Positions 40,409 to 48,931 of a stretch of DNA of 64,000 nucleotides are shown here, in pieces. The translations under genes were made by a program, and so were the position numbers. Location of the stretch: IMG/VR virus record IMGVR_UViG_3300020477_000990, positions 62,001 to 126,000 of that record; one strand, given 5' to 3'. Below the pieces are notes generated by a model. That model was not told the origin of the DNA and did not search any database. It was given only the letters and a program-made list of their open reading frames with translations. Every line of letters begins with the position of its first letter. Within the stretch, counting starts at the first letter, position 1.

Positions 40409-41131
40409 ATGAAACCAACAGCAAGTGATATAGAAACTCATAAAAAATTAATAGAAGATACTTACGATACTAAAGTAACGTTTATTGAAACTCAACAATT
40501 GAATACAGGTTGGATAGTATATTCTGATAATGATTATGTCTATAAAACTTGGTATTATGAGAATACTATTGGGCATTCCTTAAACGAAGTTCATAAAGAA
40601 TTTTATGCATATCATAAAAGTAAAATGTTAGTAGACTATAGAACATTTAAACCTTATGGTTGTATTATGAAGCTAATTAAAATACCAGGAGTTCCATTAA
40701 GATATGTAGATTATAAAACTCGTATTAAAATAAATTTAGATAATTTTATAGAGTGGTGGGTAAAAGAAACAGTTCATATACATGAAGTTGGCTTAAAATT
40801 ATCTAGTGTAAGTGAAAGGTTTCAAATTCCAAAGTATTCAACTACAAAATCATTAATGTTTACTAATTGGCCCGAACACATCGGGTATGTTTTTTGCTTT
40901 GCTGATTTAAATGATGAAAATATAATGTATGATGAAAAGTCTGATACATTTAATTTTATTGACTTTGAACCAATTGGATGGATGCCACGCGATATGTATT
41001 GGTGTCTTAATGATGCATATTTAATACTTTTGCTTGAAAATACTTTTGACTGTAAGACTCAGGGAGTTAAAGCTTCAAAATATTTAGACACCGTATCATC
41101 AGAATTAAAAAGAAGATTAGAACTAGTCTAG
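40409..41131 (+). CDS. Protein-kinase-like/phosphotransferase-fold protein
   Basis: VYK, ADLNDENIM catalytic-loop-like segment, FIDFE. Confidence 0.5.
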   Translation: MKPTASDIETHKKLIEDTYDTKVTFIETQQLNTGWIVYSDNDYVYKTWYYENTIGHSLNEVHKEFYAYHKSKMLVDYRTFKPYGCIMKLIKIPGVPLRYVDYKTRIKINLDNFIEWWVKETVHIHEVGLKLSSVSERFQIPKYSTTKSLMFTNWPEHIGYVFCFADLNDENIMYDEKSDTFNFIDFEPIGWMPRDMYWCLNDAYLILLLENTFDCKTQGVKASKYLDTVSSELKRRLELV

Positions 41132-41143
41132 TTCGCTAGTCAT

Positions 41144-41179
41144 AAAAAAAGGAAGGAGTGTTTTTAGTACACCCCTTCC
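41144..41179 (-). terminator. Intrinsic terminator of the acidic-protein gene
   Basis: GGAAGG...CCTTCC stem with A7 on the + strand (U-tract on -). Confidence 0.7.
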
Positions 41180-41203
41180 ATCCATTCACGTGGGTATTTA
41201 AAT

Positions 41204-41569
41204 CTATTTTTTGTCGTCCTCGTCTTCGTAATCACCATCAATAACATCGTCATCATCTTCTTCAAAGTCATCATCTTCGTCATCATAACGATAATCTTCG
41301 TCATCATCAAAGTCATCATCTTCGTCATCTGAATCATCTTCGTCATCATCAAAGTCATTATCACAAGCACAAGGTGCCTCATAACAATCGTCACAAACTT
41401 CATCAGCATCATAGTCATCATCTGAATCATCTTCGTGATCGTCATCATAGTCATAGTCATCATCATAATCATGTACTGAATCTAAATTTAAATGATCAAA
41501 AAGCTCTTCTAATTTGTTTTTGATAACATCTAATTCGTTTTCAATTTGTTCAATTCTGTCTTTGTCCAT
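41204..41569 (-). CDS. Asp-rich polyanionic protein with a CxxC-x4-CxC motif
   Basis: N-terminal coiled coil, long D/E tract, CDDCYEAPCAC; AGGAG RBS; own terminator. Confidence 0.8.
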   Translation of the reverse strand: MDKDRIEQIENELDVIKNKLEELFDHLNLDSVHDYDDDYDYDDDHEDDSDDDYDADEVCDDCYEAPCACDNDFDDDEDDSDDEDDDFDDDEDYRYDDEDDDFEEDDDDVIDGDYEDEDDKK

Positions 41570-41710
41570 GTCTACACTCCTACCAGTATCAATTTATTAC
41601 TAATGTATTTAGGTATCTTTACTGTATGATTAAGTATTTGTATAACGCAATAACTTATGTTATAATGTAAAATAAATATAGTAATAGCTATAGATAAAGA
41701 AGGTAAAACA

Positions 41711-42361
41711 ATGCCATATTTTTTAAAAACATACAACAAAACTTTAGTGTATCATTTATGTCCAAAGAATGCTTGTACAACAATTGCTCATATGTTAATT
41801 CAAGCTGATGGTAATGGATATGTTAATGACACACATAAAGATTATTATATAGTGCATAGTTTATCTAATCCAAATAATAATTATGAGTATTGGACTAATT
41901 GTGATGCAGAAATTAAGTTAGCAGTTAAACGTGATCCAGTTAAACGTTTTGTTAGTGCATATAAAAATAGAATTGTGTATCATGATGATTTAAGTAAAGA
42001 TGAATATTTTGATAAAGCATTAGAAAAAGATTTTAAACCTTGGCCAATTTATAATAGATCATCAGATAAAACTATAAATGAGTTTATACAAAATTTTGAC
42101 AAGTATTGGGAAAATCCGTGGGTGCAAGGGCATTTTAAATCACAAACAACTTTCTTAGGAAAGCAAGATTATTATACACATATATTTGATATGTCTGAGT
42201 TAGATAAAGTACGAGACTTAATTGCTGAAGTATCTGGTAAAGAAATAGTATTACCTTGCTTACAAACAGGTGGAAATGATATTAGTGTAGACTTATCAGA
42301 AGATAGTATAAAATGGATTAATGATAGGTATGCTGAAGATTATGAAAACGGATGGTATTAA
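41711..42361 (+). CDS. Sulfotransferase family 2-like protein
   Basis: PKNACTT, RDPVKRFVSAY, HFKSQT. Confidence 0.8.
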   Translation: MPYFLKTYNKTLVYHLCPKNACTTIAHMLIQADGNGYVNDTHKDYYIVHSLSNPNNNYEYWTNCDAEIKLAVKRDPVKRFVSAYKNRIVYHDDLSKDEYFDKALEKDFKPWPIYNRSSDKTINEFIQNFDKYWENPWVQGHFKSQTTFLGKQDYYTHIFDMSELDKVRDLIAEVSGKEIVLPCLQTGGNDISVDLSEDSIKWINDRYAEDYENGWY

Positions 42362-43746
42362 ATACAAGTATGGAAAACATTAAAATAAATTTAGTTTGGG
42401 ATAACTGGTCTGATAAAGGACCTTTACCAAATGGGCTACATCCAAAATATATAAATGAATGGGAAACTAAATGGAAGGACAGATATGATATTAATGTTCT
42501 TACACGTTTTATTCCGTTAGATAGATATAATTTAGGATTTTTTCCTTTGCTATGCGATCAAGCTGGAATAGATATAACACATATAAAGCCAGAAGAAATA
42601 GGAGCAAATATTTCTAGTACACCTGATTGGTATGTAATGGAACCAAATCATATGGATCTATCATTGCTAACAGAAAATATGTTTGGTAATATAAATGAGC
42701 ATACTTTAAAAATGTTACGTGAAGGACAAACAAAACTAATATTGTATTATGCATATGAAGCCTTTCCAGTAAATCAAGTGAACTGGATTAATGTTATTGA
42801 AAGAAGTTTAGGCTGGCTTAAAATACCAAAAGAAAACTTTATATTAATATTTGGTGATCAAAAGTTTGATGAAAATTATCAAAAATATCTAGCATCTGGG
42901 CAAGGTCCTTTTTATGCTTATTACTTACAAAATGTTTTTGTGTATGATCATTTTGCTTGGGAGTTTTCAGATTATATTAAAAGTATGGTAATAGGAACTG
43001 AAAGAGAATCAAAAGAACTTGTTCCTATTGATGGTGATACAATGTATAAGCCAAGACCTAAAAAATTTTTATGTTTAAATGGTGGAGGTCGTCCACATAG
43101 AAAATGGCTAATGACAGAGTTAAAAAGAAATAATCTATTAGATCATGGAATAGTTAGTTATCTAAATAAATTTGATATACCATATGATCCAGCTGACTTT
43201 GTTTTTGTTCCAAGTGAAAAAGGTACTGGTGATACAGCATTGTTAGAAGCAGTTCGGTATCATCATGAGCATGGAAATGATATAAAAGAAATACAATTAG
43301 ATGTTGATCCTGTGCATGATGCTTGGCATAATAGAGGAATGACAGTACAACATTATAAAGATACATACTTTAATGTTACAACAGAAACATGGCCAGCTGA
43401 ACCTAGTTTCTTTGTTACTGAAAAATTATTTAAACCAATTATTAATATGCAACCTTTTATACTAGTAGGGCACCCTGGCTTATTAAAATATTTACATGAA
43501 GAAGGTTATGAAACATTTGATCAAATTTGGTTTGATGAGCATTATGATTCTATTCCTAACCATAAAGAACGTTTTTATCATGTAATGGAAAATATTAAAA
43601 ATGTTTGTGCATTAGATCAATCAGAGTTACAAAATATGTATGTTAAAGTATGGGATAAATTAAGACACAATCGAGAATTATTTTTAAAGAAAAATCATAC
43701 TAACTATTGGATTGAACTTATAAAAACAATGATAGAGATAAAATGA
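42352..43746 (+). CDS. Putative glycosyltransferase (C-terminus resembles GT10/GT-B)
   Basis: YFNVTTET...FVTEKLFKPI..QPFILVG motif. Confidence 0.45.
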   Translation: MVLNTSMENIKINLVWDNWSDKGPLPNGLHPKYINEWETKWKDRYDINVLTRFIPLDRYNLGFFPLLCDQAGIDITHIKPEEIGANISSTPDWYVMEPNHMDLSLLTENMFGNINEHTLKMLREGQTKLILYYAYEAFPVNQVNWINVIERSLGWLKIPKENFILIFGDQKFDENYQKYLASGQGPFYAYYLQNVFVYDHFAWEFSDYIKSMVIGTERESKELVPIDGDTMYKPRPKKFLCLNGGGRPHRKWLMTELKRNNLLDHGIVSYLNKFDIPYDPADFVFVPSEKGTGDTALLEAVRYHHEHGNDIKEIQLDVDPVHDAWHNRGMTVQHYKDTYFNVTTETWPAEPSFFVTEKLFKPIINMQPFILVGHPGLLKYLHEEGYETFDQIWFDEHYDSIPNHKERFYHVMENIKNVCALDQSELQNMYVKVWDKLRHNRELFLKKNHTNYWIELIKTMIEIK

Positions 43747-45014
43747 GTAACTATAAAGAAACTATAGATAAACTTGATAAAGATTTTGGTAAAACTTTTT
43801 GTATAAAACCTTTTACTGAAATATCAACGTCATCAGTTGGGCATATGAAATTATGTTGCTTTTCACAAAGCATTGGTAGTAATAATATGGCATATTATCA
43901 AGATAAATTTGAAAATGTTTTTCAAAATAATAATGATTTAATAACAATTAGAAAAGCAATGCTTGAAGGAAAAGCAATTAAAGAATGTCGTAATTGTTAT
44001 GTTGAAGAAAAAAATGGAAAAATATCTCAACGACAAGAAGAAAACTTTATAATGTATAATGAAAACAAAGAATTATTTAATAATATAATAAACAAAGGAA
44101 CAGCAATAGTAAAAAGTATTGATTTAAAGTTTGGTAACAAATGTAATTATGCCTGTATAATGTGTGATACAGGATCAAGCTCTTTACATTCAAAAGAAAT
44201 AGAAGCTAATCCACATCCTGATGATGTTAGAAAAGTAATAAATTTTGAACCATACTATTTTAATTTTCCTGATGAAAAAATGGATGATCTTTTATCAATA
44301 TCATCTAACTTGGGACGTGTTAAAAGTACAGGTGGAGAGCCATTTCTTTTAGATGGCTTTAAAGATTATATTAAAAAATTAGTTGACAACGGCTATGCTA
44401 AAAATATTGATTTTACAACGGTGTCAAATGGCACAGTTGATTGTACTGATCTTTTACCATATATGAATCAATTTAAATCATTTAGATTAAGATGGTCAAT
44501 TGATGGAACTGATAAAGTTTATAATTTTATTAGATACCCTGGTAGTTTTGATAGAATGAGTAGAGTACATAAAAAAATATCTGAAAGCATTATTAGTAAT
44601 AACTATACTAATGTTGAAGTTCAATTAGATCCTACAATACAATTGTTTAATGTGCATAACATAGTTGAGTTATTAAAATATGCAGAGTCTTTAAAAATAA
44701 TTAGTAGAGTAGAAATGGGGTACATTTATAAAGAACCTAGGTATTTAGATACATCATTAATGCCTATAGACATTTTACGCAATATATTTGATAGTGCTGA
44801 CAACGAAATTAAAAATATTAATGTAGTAAGCAATTATAATGATATTAAAGAACTTGCTTTTAAAAAGCATAATGAATATACAGAAAGTCAAAAGAAAGAT
44901 ATTTTTAATTTAACAAAAAGTATGGTTGCTTATTGGAAAAGAGTAAGAAAGTTAGAAGCTAAAGAGCATATTTCAACTTATGATAAACTAATAGAACATT
45001 ATTCTAAGATGTAA
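43743..45014 (+). CDS. N-terminal-twitch radical SAM protein
   Basis: FCIKPF..KLCC..CRNC; KFGNKCNYACIMC; TGGEPF; WSIDG. Confidence 0.85.
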   Translation: MSNYKETIDKLDKDFGKTFCIKPFTEISTSSVGHMKLCCFSQSIGSNNMAYYQDKFENVFQNNNDLITIRKAMLEGKAIKECRNCYVEEKNGKISQRQEENFIMYNENKELFNNIINKGTAIVKSIDLKFGNKCNYACIMCDTGSSSLHSKEIEANPHPDDVRKVINFEPYYFNFPDEKMDDLLSISSNLGRVKSTGGEPFLLDGFKDYIKKLVDNGYAKNIDFTTVSNGTVDCTDLLPYMNQFKSFRLRWSIDGTDKVYNFIRYPGSFDRMSRVHKKISESIISNNYTNVEVQLDPTIQLFNVHNIVELLKYAESLKIISRVEMGYIYKEPRYLDTSLMPIDILRNIFDSADNEIKNINVVSNYNDIKELAFKKHNEYTESQKKDIFNLTKSMVAYWKRVRKLEAKEHISTYDKLIEHYSKM

Positions 45015-45222
45015 TAAATCTTTTTGGTATTTTTTTATATTTCTTTTTAAATGCTTCTTCAAATCCTACTTCAGATTCTTCCGTTTCGTTATTGCCCCAT
45101 AATCTACCAAAGCATCTATCAGCCATAGACTCTATTTCTTCGTCAGTCCAATGTAATGGAATTAAATGTCCTTTGTCAATCCAAAGTAGCCTATTAGCTT
45201 CTTTAAATTGTTTCCAAGTCAT
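45004..45222 (-). CDS. Hypothetical protein
   Basis: 72-aa ORF, ATGA-coupled to the upstream peptide. Confidence 0.55.
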   Translation of the reverse strand: MTWKQFKEANRLLWIDKGHLIPLHWTDEEIESMADRCFGRLWGNNETEESEVGFEEAFKKKYKKIPKRFITS

Positions 45223-45353
45223 GATAATGGAGGCCAGTTATTGTATTCTGGATATTTTGATTTTCTTTTGTTAATTGCTTTAGTAGGTTTTGCTTTTTTA
45301 TTTCGTCCACCTGCCGTACGGTCAATTCTTCTAGGAGTCCTATTAGTAGACAT
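45219..45353 (-). CDS. 44-aa Lys/Arg-rich peptide not in the track (MSTNRTPRRIDRTAGGRNKKAKPTKAINKRKSKYPEYNNWPPLS)
   Basis: Upstream CTAAATA box on the - strand; ATGA overlap with the next gene. Confidence 0.55.
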   Translation of the reverse strand: MSTNRTPRRIDRTAGGRNKKAKPTKAINKRKSKYPEYNNWPPLS

Positions 45354-45419
45354 ATTCTTTTTAGAAGTCATATATTGTATTTAGTTTGGCCGGGAAAAAC
45401 CCCTGTATATTGTATTTTA

Positions 45420-45900
45420 TTTGTATGTGCGGTCAAATTTTTAGGAAGTCCTATTTTAATGTAAAACTCACTATCAAATCACTTCGTGATTTTCATATTC
45501 GTTTTCCCATTACAGTATGCCACCGTTCTTGACGCTGTTTCAGATAGCAAGTGGGGGTGCAAGAACAGATTCTCACTGGCTCTACTGCGACTTATCTTGT
45601 AGAGATATGATAGATGGCGAGTGGATGGATGTTGGGGCCTAATAGAACATATCTAAAGAGTAGAGACGTACTTGAGAATATTCTGACTCGATGGATGTAA
45701 TAAACTAATCTGAATTAAGCGGTTCTGACGGTAGTTTATGAAGTCCTAGAGTTGAATTGATGTGTCCCCTATAAAAATGAATATGAGTTAGAGCTGTTCT
45801 ATACGATCTTATATTGAAATACGATACGTCTACTACTTCTAGATAGCCGCCGAGGGGTAAAAATACCCCTGCGTTATGCGTAACTGGCGTTCCGCATACT
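45420..45900 (+). ncRNA. Candidate large structured RNA of unknown class
   Basis: ORF-free; about 41% GC over 45511-45900 by hand count; many nested and long-range complementarities; G.U pairs favour the + strand; boundaries uncertain. Confidence 0.5.
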
Positions 45901-46698
45901 TTATATGTATCTGTTAAATCCCCAGAATCGTTCGCGACACCACCAACACTCTTTGCAATGGAATTCCATGTTAGGGTCTTTCATGTATTCGACATCTCCA
46001 CCATTTTCACAACTTCTAGTAATAGGAAATAGCTCGTCTAGTATACCTTGACTTTTATATAATTCTGCTATAGATCTTTTATTAAAGTTTCTAAATGGTT
46101 GTTGCCAACACCAACCTTCTGCTTCTTCTAATTCTTCTGTAGTAGATCCTGTTTCGTATGTAACATCTGGATCTCTTTCATATAGATATGCCGCTTGATC
46201 CATTCTCATGTGTTTAATGCCATCATGATAATCTTCATATAATTCTCTTAGATCTTTAGGAGGATTAGCTGTCATACCATTAAAGAATATAACTCCGCGG
46301 CCTTCTGGATTGTTTTCTTGTGCTAAAATATTAGCTTCGTTTTCTTTTTGAGCTTTGTCATAGTTACTTAATCTAACTTGTTCATCTGAATCACTACCTA
46401 AATATGTTACTTCGTCAACTTTCATTTGGTTTTGACGTCTATCAGACATATCAATACCTGTAAGTTCTTGTATTTTATCACAGACTTTATTAGTATATCT
46501 AATGTGCCAATCTTTTGGAGGATATCCATTTGTTGTTGCTATAATTATTTTAAGATCTGGTCTTTCTTCTTTTTTATACTTTGCAATACAATATGCCATC
46601 ATAGCACTATCGGCACCACCTGACATTTTAAGTATGGCTGTATGATGATTGCTAGGTATATCTAAATTCCAATTTCCTTGTGGGGTAGTAAAAATCAT
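45901..46698 (-). CDS. QueC-like PP-loop ATPase (second paralog)
   Basis: MSGGADS; SC...CKECWWC; PFRNFNK..IA. Confidence 0.75.
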   Translation of the reverse strand: MIFTTPQGNWNLDIPSNHHTAILKMSGGADSAMMAYCIAKYKKEERPDLKIIIATTNGYPPKDWHIRYTNKVCDKIQELTGIDMSDRRQNQMKVDEVTYLGSDSDEQVRLSNYDKAQKENEANILAQENNPEGRGVIFFNGMTANPPKDLRELYEDYHDGIKHMRMDQAAYLYERDPDVTYETGSTTEELEEAEGWCWQQPFRNFNKRSIAELYKSQGILDELFPITRSCENGGDVEYMKDPNMEFHCKECWWCRERFWGFNRYI

Positions 46699-46701
46699 TT
46701 A

Positions 46702-47721
46702 TTATCCTAATATTTTCTTTACTCTTAATTCGTCTTGATCAGTAACTACATGAAATTCTATTCTATGTAGTAATCTTCTTTCTAATTTTTTCATTGTAAG
46801 TCCTGCAACGTCACCTTTAACATCAGTACGTCTATGGATACAGTTAACTTGGTCCATATATAATATATCGCCATCGTCCCATATATGATCATATATGTAA
46901 TCTTCTTGTACATAATTGTCCATAAAGTAATTTTTAAAATCAATGAACTCACTAGTAGACGCACCTATAATTTCTGTTACTTGTGATGGAGAAAAGTGTA
47001 CACCTTCTTTACCATTAGTACAAATTGCTACTAAAGGTTTAACTTTATTCATAAGGTGGTCTCCACCATGACCAAATTCTATATTTCTATAACTTTCATC
47101 TACGTCTGGGATAATACCTTCTTCACCATCAACAAAGCCCCAACGTACTTGAGTGTTACGCATCCAAAATTTATGTTCAGCACTTTCTTTTTCAAACCTA
47201 TCAATAGTTTGACATACTTGAGTAACTGAACCTGTAGTTCCTTCTACACCTTGTAAGCCAACAAACTCTGGTAATGGTCTTTCAATGTAACCTTTAATTG
47301 ATTTATTACCTGGTAAGTAAAAAGGAATTTTATCACGTAATGATTCTGCATTGTGCCAATTTAATCTTTTACTAAAGCCTGCGGCAACACCTTCATATGA
47401 TGTACCTTTTTTATTAGACCATTTTTTCTTTGCTGTTACTTTGTCAAGTCCAGGATATATCGGACAACCGTCTTCATCATAGTAACCAGTAAGGTGTTTA
47501 GTTGGAACATCTTTCTTTTGTCCATGAGTTGCTACTGTACCTAATAAACCTGATAGTTCATAAAATTGTTCTACATTAAAATTAACTTTTTTAAGAGCTA
47601 CAACTAATTCTTGTTTTAGTAAGTGTGCAAGGTCATGTACGTCTTGATAGTTGAAAGGATATTTTAATCCTGTAACTTTAACACCATATTTTCCAAATAG
47701 TTTTTTCTTTTGTACTTTCAT
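46702..47721 (-). CDS. TauD-like Fe/2OG enzyme with HxA motif
   Basis: WHNAES in place of WHND; HIWDDGDILYMDQVNCIHRR. Confidence 0.78.
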   Translation of the reverse strand: MKVQKKKLFGKYGVKVTGLKYPFNYQDVHDLAHLLKQELVVALKKVNFNVEQFYELSGLLGTVATHGQKKDVPTKHLTGYYDEDGCPIYPGLDKVTAKKKWSNKKGTSYEGVAAGFSKRLNWHNAESLRDKIPFYLPGNKSIKGYIERPLPEFVGLQGVEGTTGSVTQVCQTIDRFEKESAEHKFWMRNTQVRWGFVDGEEGIIPDVDESYRNIEFGHGGDHLMNKVKPLVAICTNGKEGVHFSPSQVTEIIGASTSEFIDFKNYFMDNYVQEDYIYDHIWDDGDILYMDQVNCIHRRTDVKGDVAGLTMKKLERRLLHRIEFHVVTDQDELRVKKILG

Positions 47722-48755
47722 TAAACCATAACCTCTAATCTATTTAATAAACGTTCTTCTAACGCAGTCATATCTAAACCATCAACAGCATAATTCATAT
47801 CTGTTCTTCTATGCATACAAGTAATTTGATCCATATAAAATATATCACCATCTTGCCATACATGATCATAGATATATTCTGGAGTAACATACTCATCCAT
47901 AATTCTTTGTTTAAGTTCTTTCCATTGATTTGATGCTACATAATCTTCAGCTAATATTTTTTTATGTTCATCATCGTATAATATTTTAGTAGTACCATCA
48001 GCAATTTCATTTGATATATCAACAACTTGACTAGGAGTAAATCTTAAACCTTCTTTACCATTTGGAGCAACTTGTACTAATGGTTGTTGTTTAATGTTTA
48101 ATTTAATAGCATCTTTATATTTGTCCATATCTTCTTTAGTTGACATTTCATCAGTACCATGAATATCATCATAACCTTCTTCACCTGGTTTAGGTAAGTC
48201 TGGCATAATACCTTCATCACCTGGAACTACACCCCAAAGTACATTTAATTTTTTTAATAGTTCTTTGTTTTCTTGAGGTTCTTTTTCAAATCTATCTATC
48301 ATTTGGCATACTTGAGTAATACTACCTGTTGTTCCTTTAACTCCTTGTAGTCCTACAAAGTTTGCCGCAGGATTAGTACTATCAGTTTCATTGTTATGCC
48401 AATTTAATCTTTTAGAAATACCAGTAGGCATTCCAGCATATCTTCCTTCTTTTGTTTTCTTTGCTGTTACTTTCCACATACCAGGAAGTATAGTTTTACC
48501 TTCATCATCTAAATAGCCAGTCCAACCAGTTGGTTCTGGGATACCTGCTTGTAATCCAAATGTGCTAATTTTACCTAGGCGTCCTGTAAGCTCATAATAC
48601 TGCTTTGCTGTATAGTTAATTTTAGGTAACACTACAACTAGTTCGTTAGTTAGCAATTTTTTAAGCTCAGCTATTTCGCCCCATTTAAATGGATATGAAA
48701 GCTCTGTTACAGATGCCCCCATATTTCCAAATCCTTTGAGTGGTGATACTTTCAT
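47721..48755 (-). CDS. TauD-like Fe/2OG enzyme with HxN motif
   Basis: WHNNETD; HVWQDGDIFYMDQITCMHRR. Confidence 0.78.
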   Translation of the reverse strand: MKVSPLKGFGNMGASVTELSYPFKWGEIAELKKLLTNELVVVLPKINYTAKQYYELTGRLGKISTFGLQAGIPEPTGWTGYLDDEGKTILPGMWKVTAKKTKEGRYAGMPTGISKRLNWHNNETDSTNPAANFVGLQGVKGTTGSITQVCQMIDRFEKEPQENKELLKKLNVLWGVVPGDEGIMPDLPKPGEEGYDDIHGTDEMSTKEDMDKYKDAIKLNIKQQPLVQVAPNGKEGLRFTPSQVVDISNEIADGTTKILYDDEHKKILAEDYVASNQWKELKQRIMDEYVTPEYIYDHVWQDGDIFYMDQITCMHRRTDMNYAVDGLDMTALEERLLNRLEVMV

Positions 48756-48931
48756 GGCTATTTTCTCCTGCTTTTATTTTATTTATCGAGAAATATATAA
48801 TTATATAATCACTTATTTTTAGCTTAAAATGGTTAAATATAACTGAGCAGGGAGACGCGACTCGGCTCGGAATCTATAATAACATATAAACAAAGTATAT
48901 GTATAATATATCGATATAGGAGCAAATTAAA

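Noticed and set aside
41164-41472. Met/Thr-rich ORF (MIMMMTMTMM...)
   Set aside because: Frame-shifted reading of the GAT/GAC repeats of the Asp-rich gene; it has no RBS, while the Asp-rich frame has RBS and terminator
45427-45900. Group II intron (GTGCG at 45427; AGC-containing hairpin near 45845) or RNase P RNA (AGGAAGTCC at 45443)
   Set aside because: No canonical domain V/VI geometry, no interrupted host gene, and no RNase P 3' P4 strand (ACAGAACCCGGCTTA-like); kept only as an unknown structured RNA
48845-48870. GACGCGA shared between the fibre-gene leader hairpin and the reverse complement of 54467-54476
   Set aside because: Only 7 nt, opposite orientation, and also found inside a coding region; too weak to call a motif
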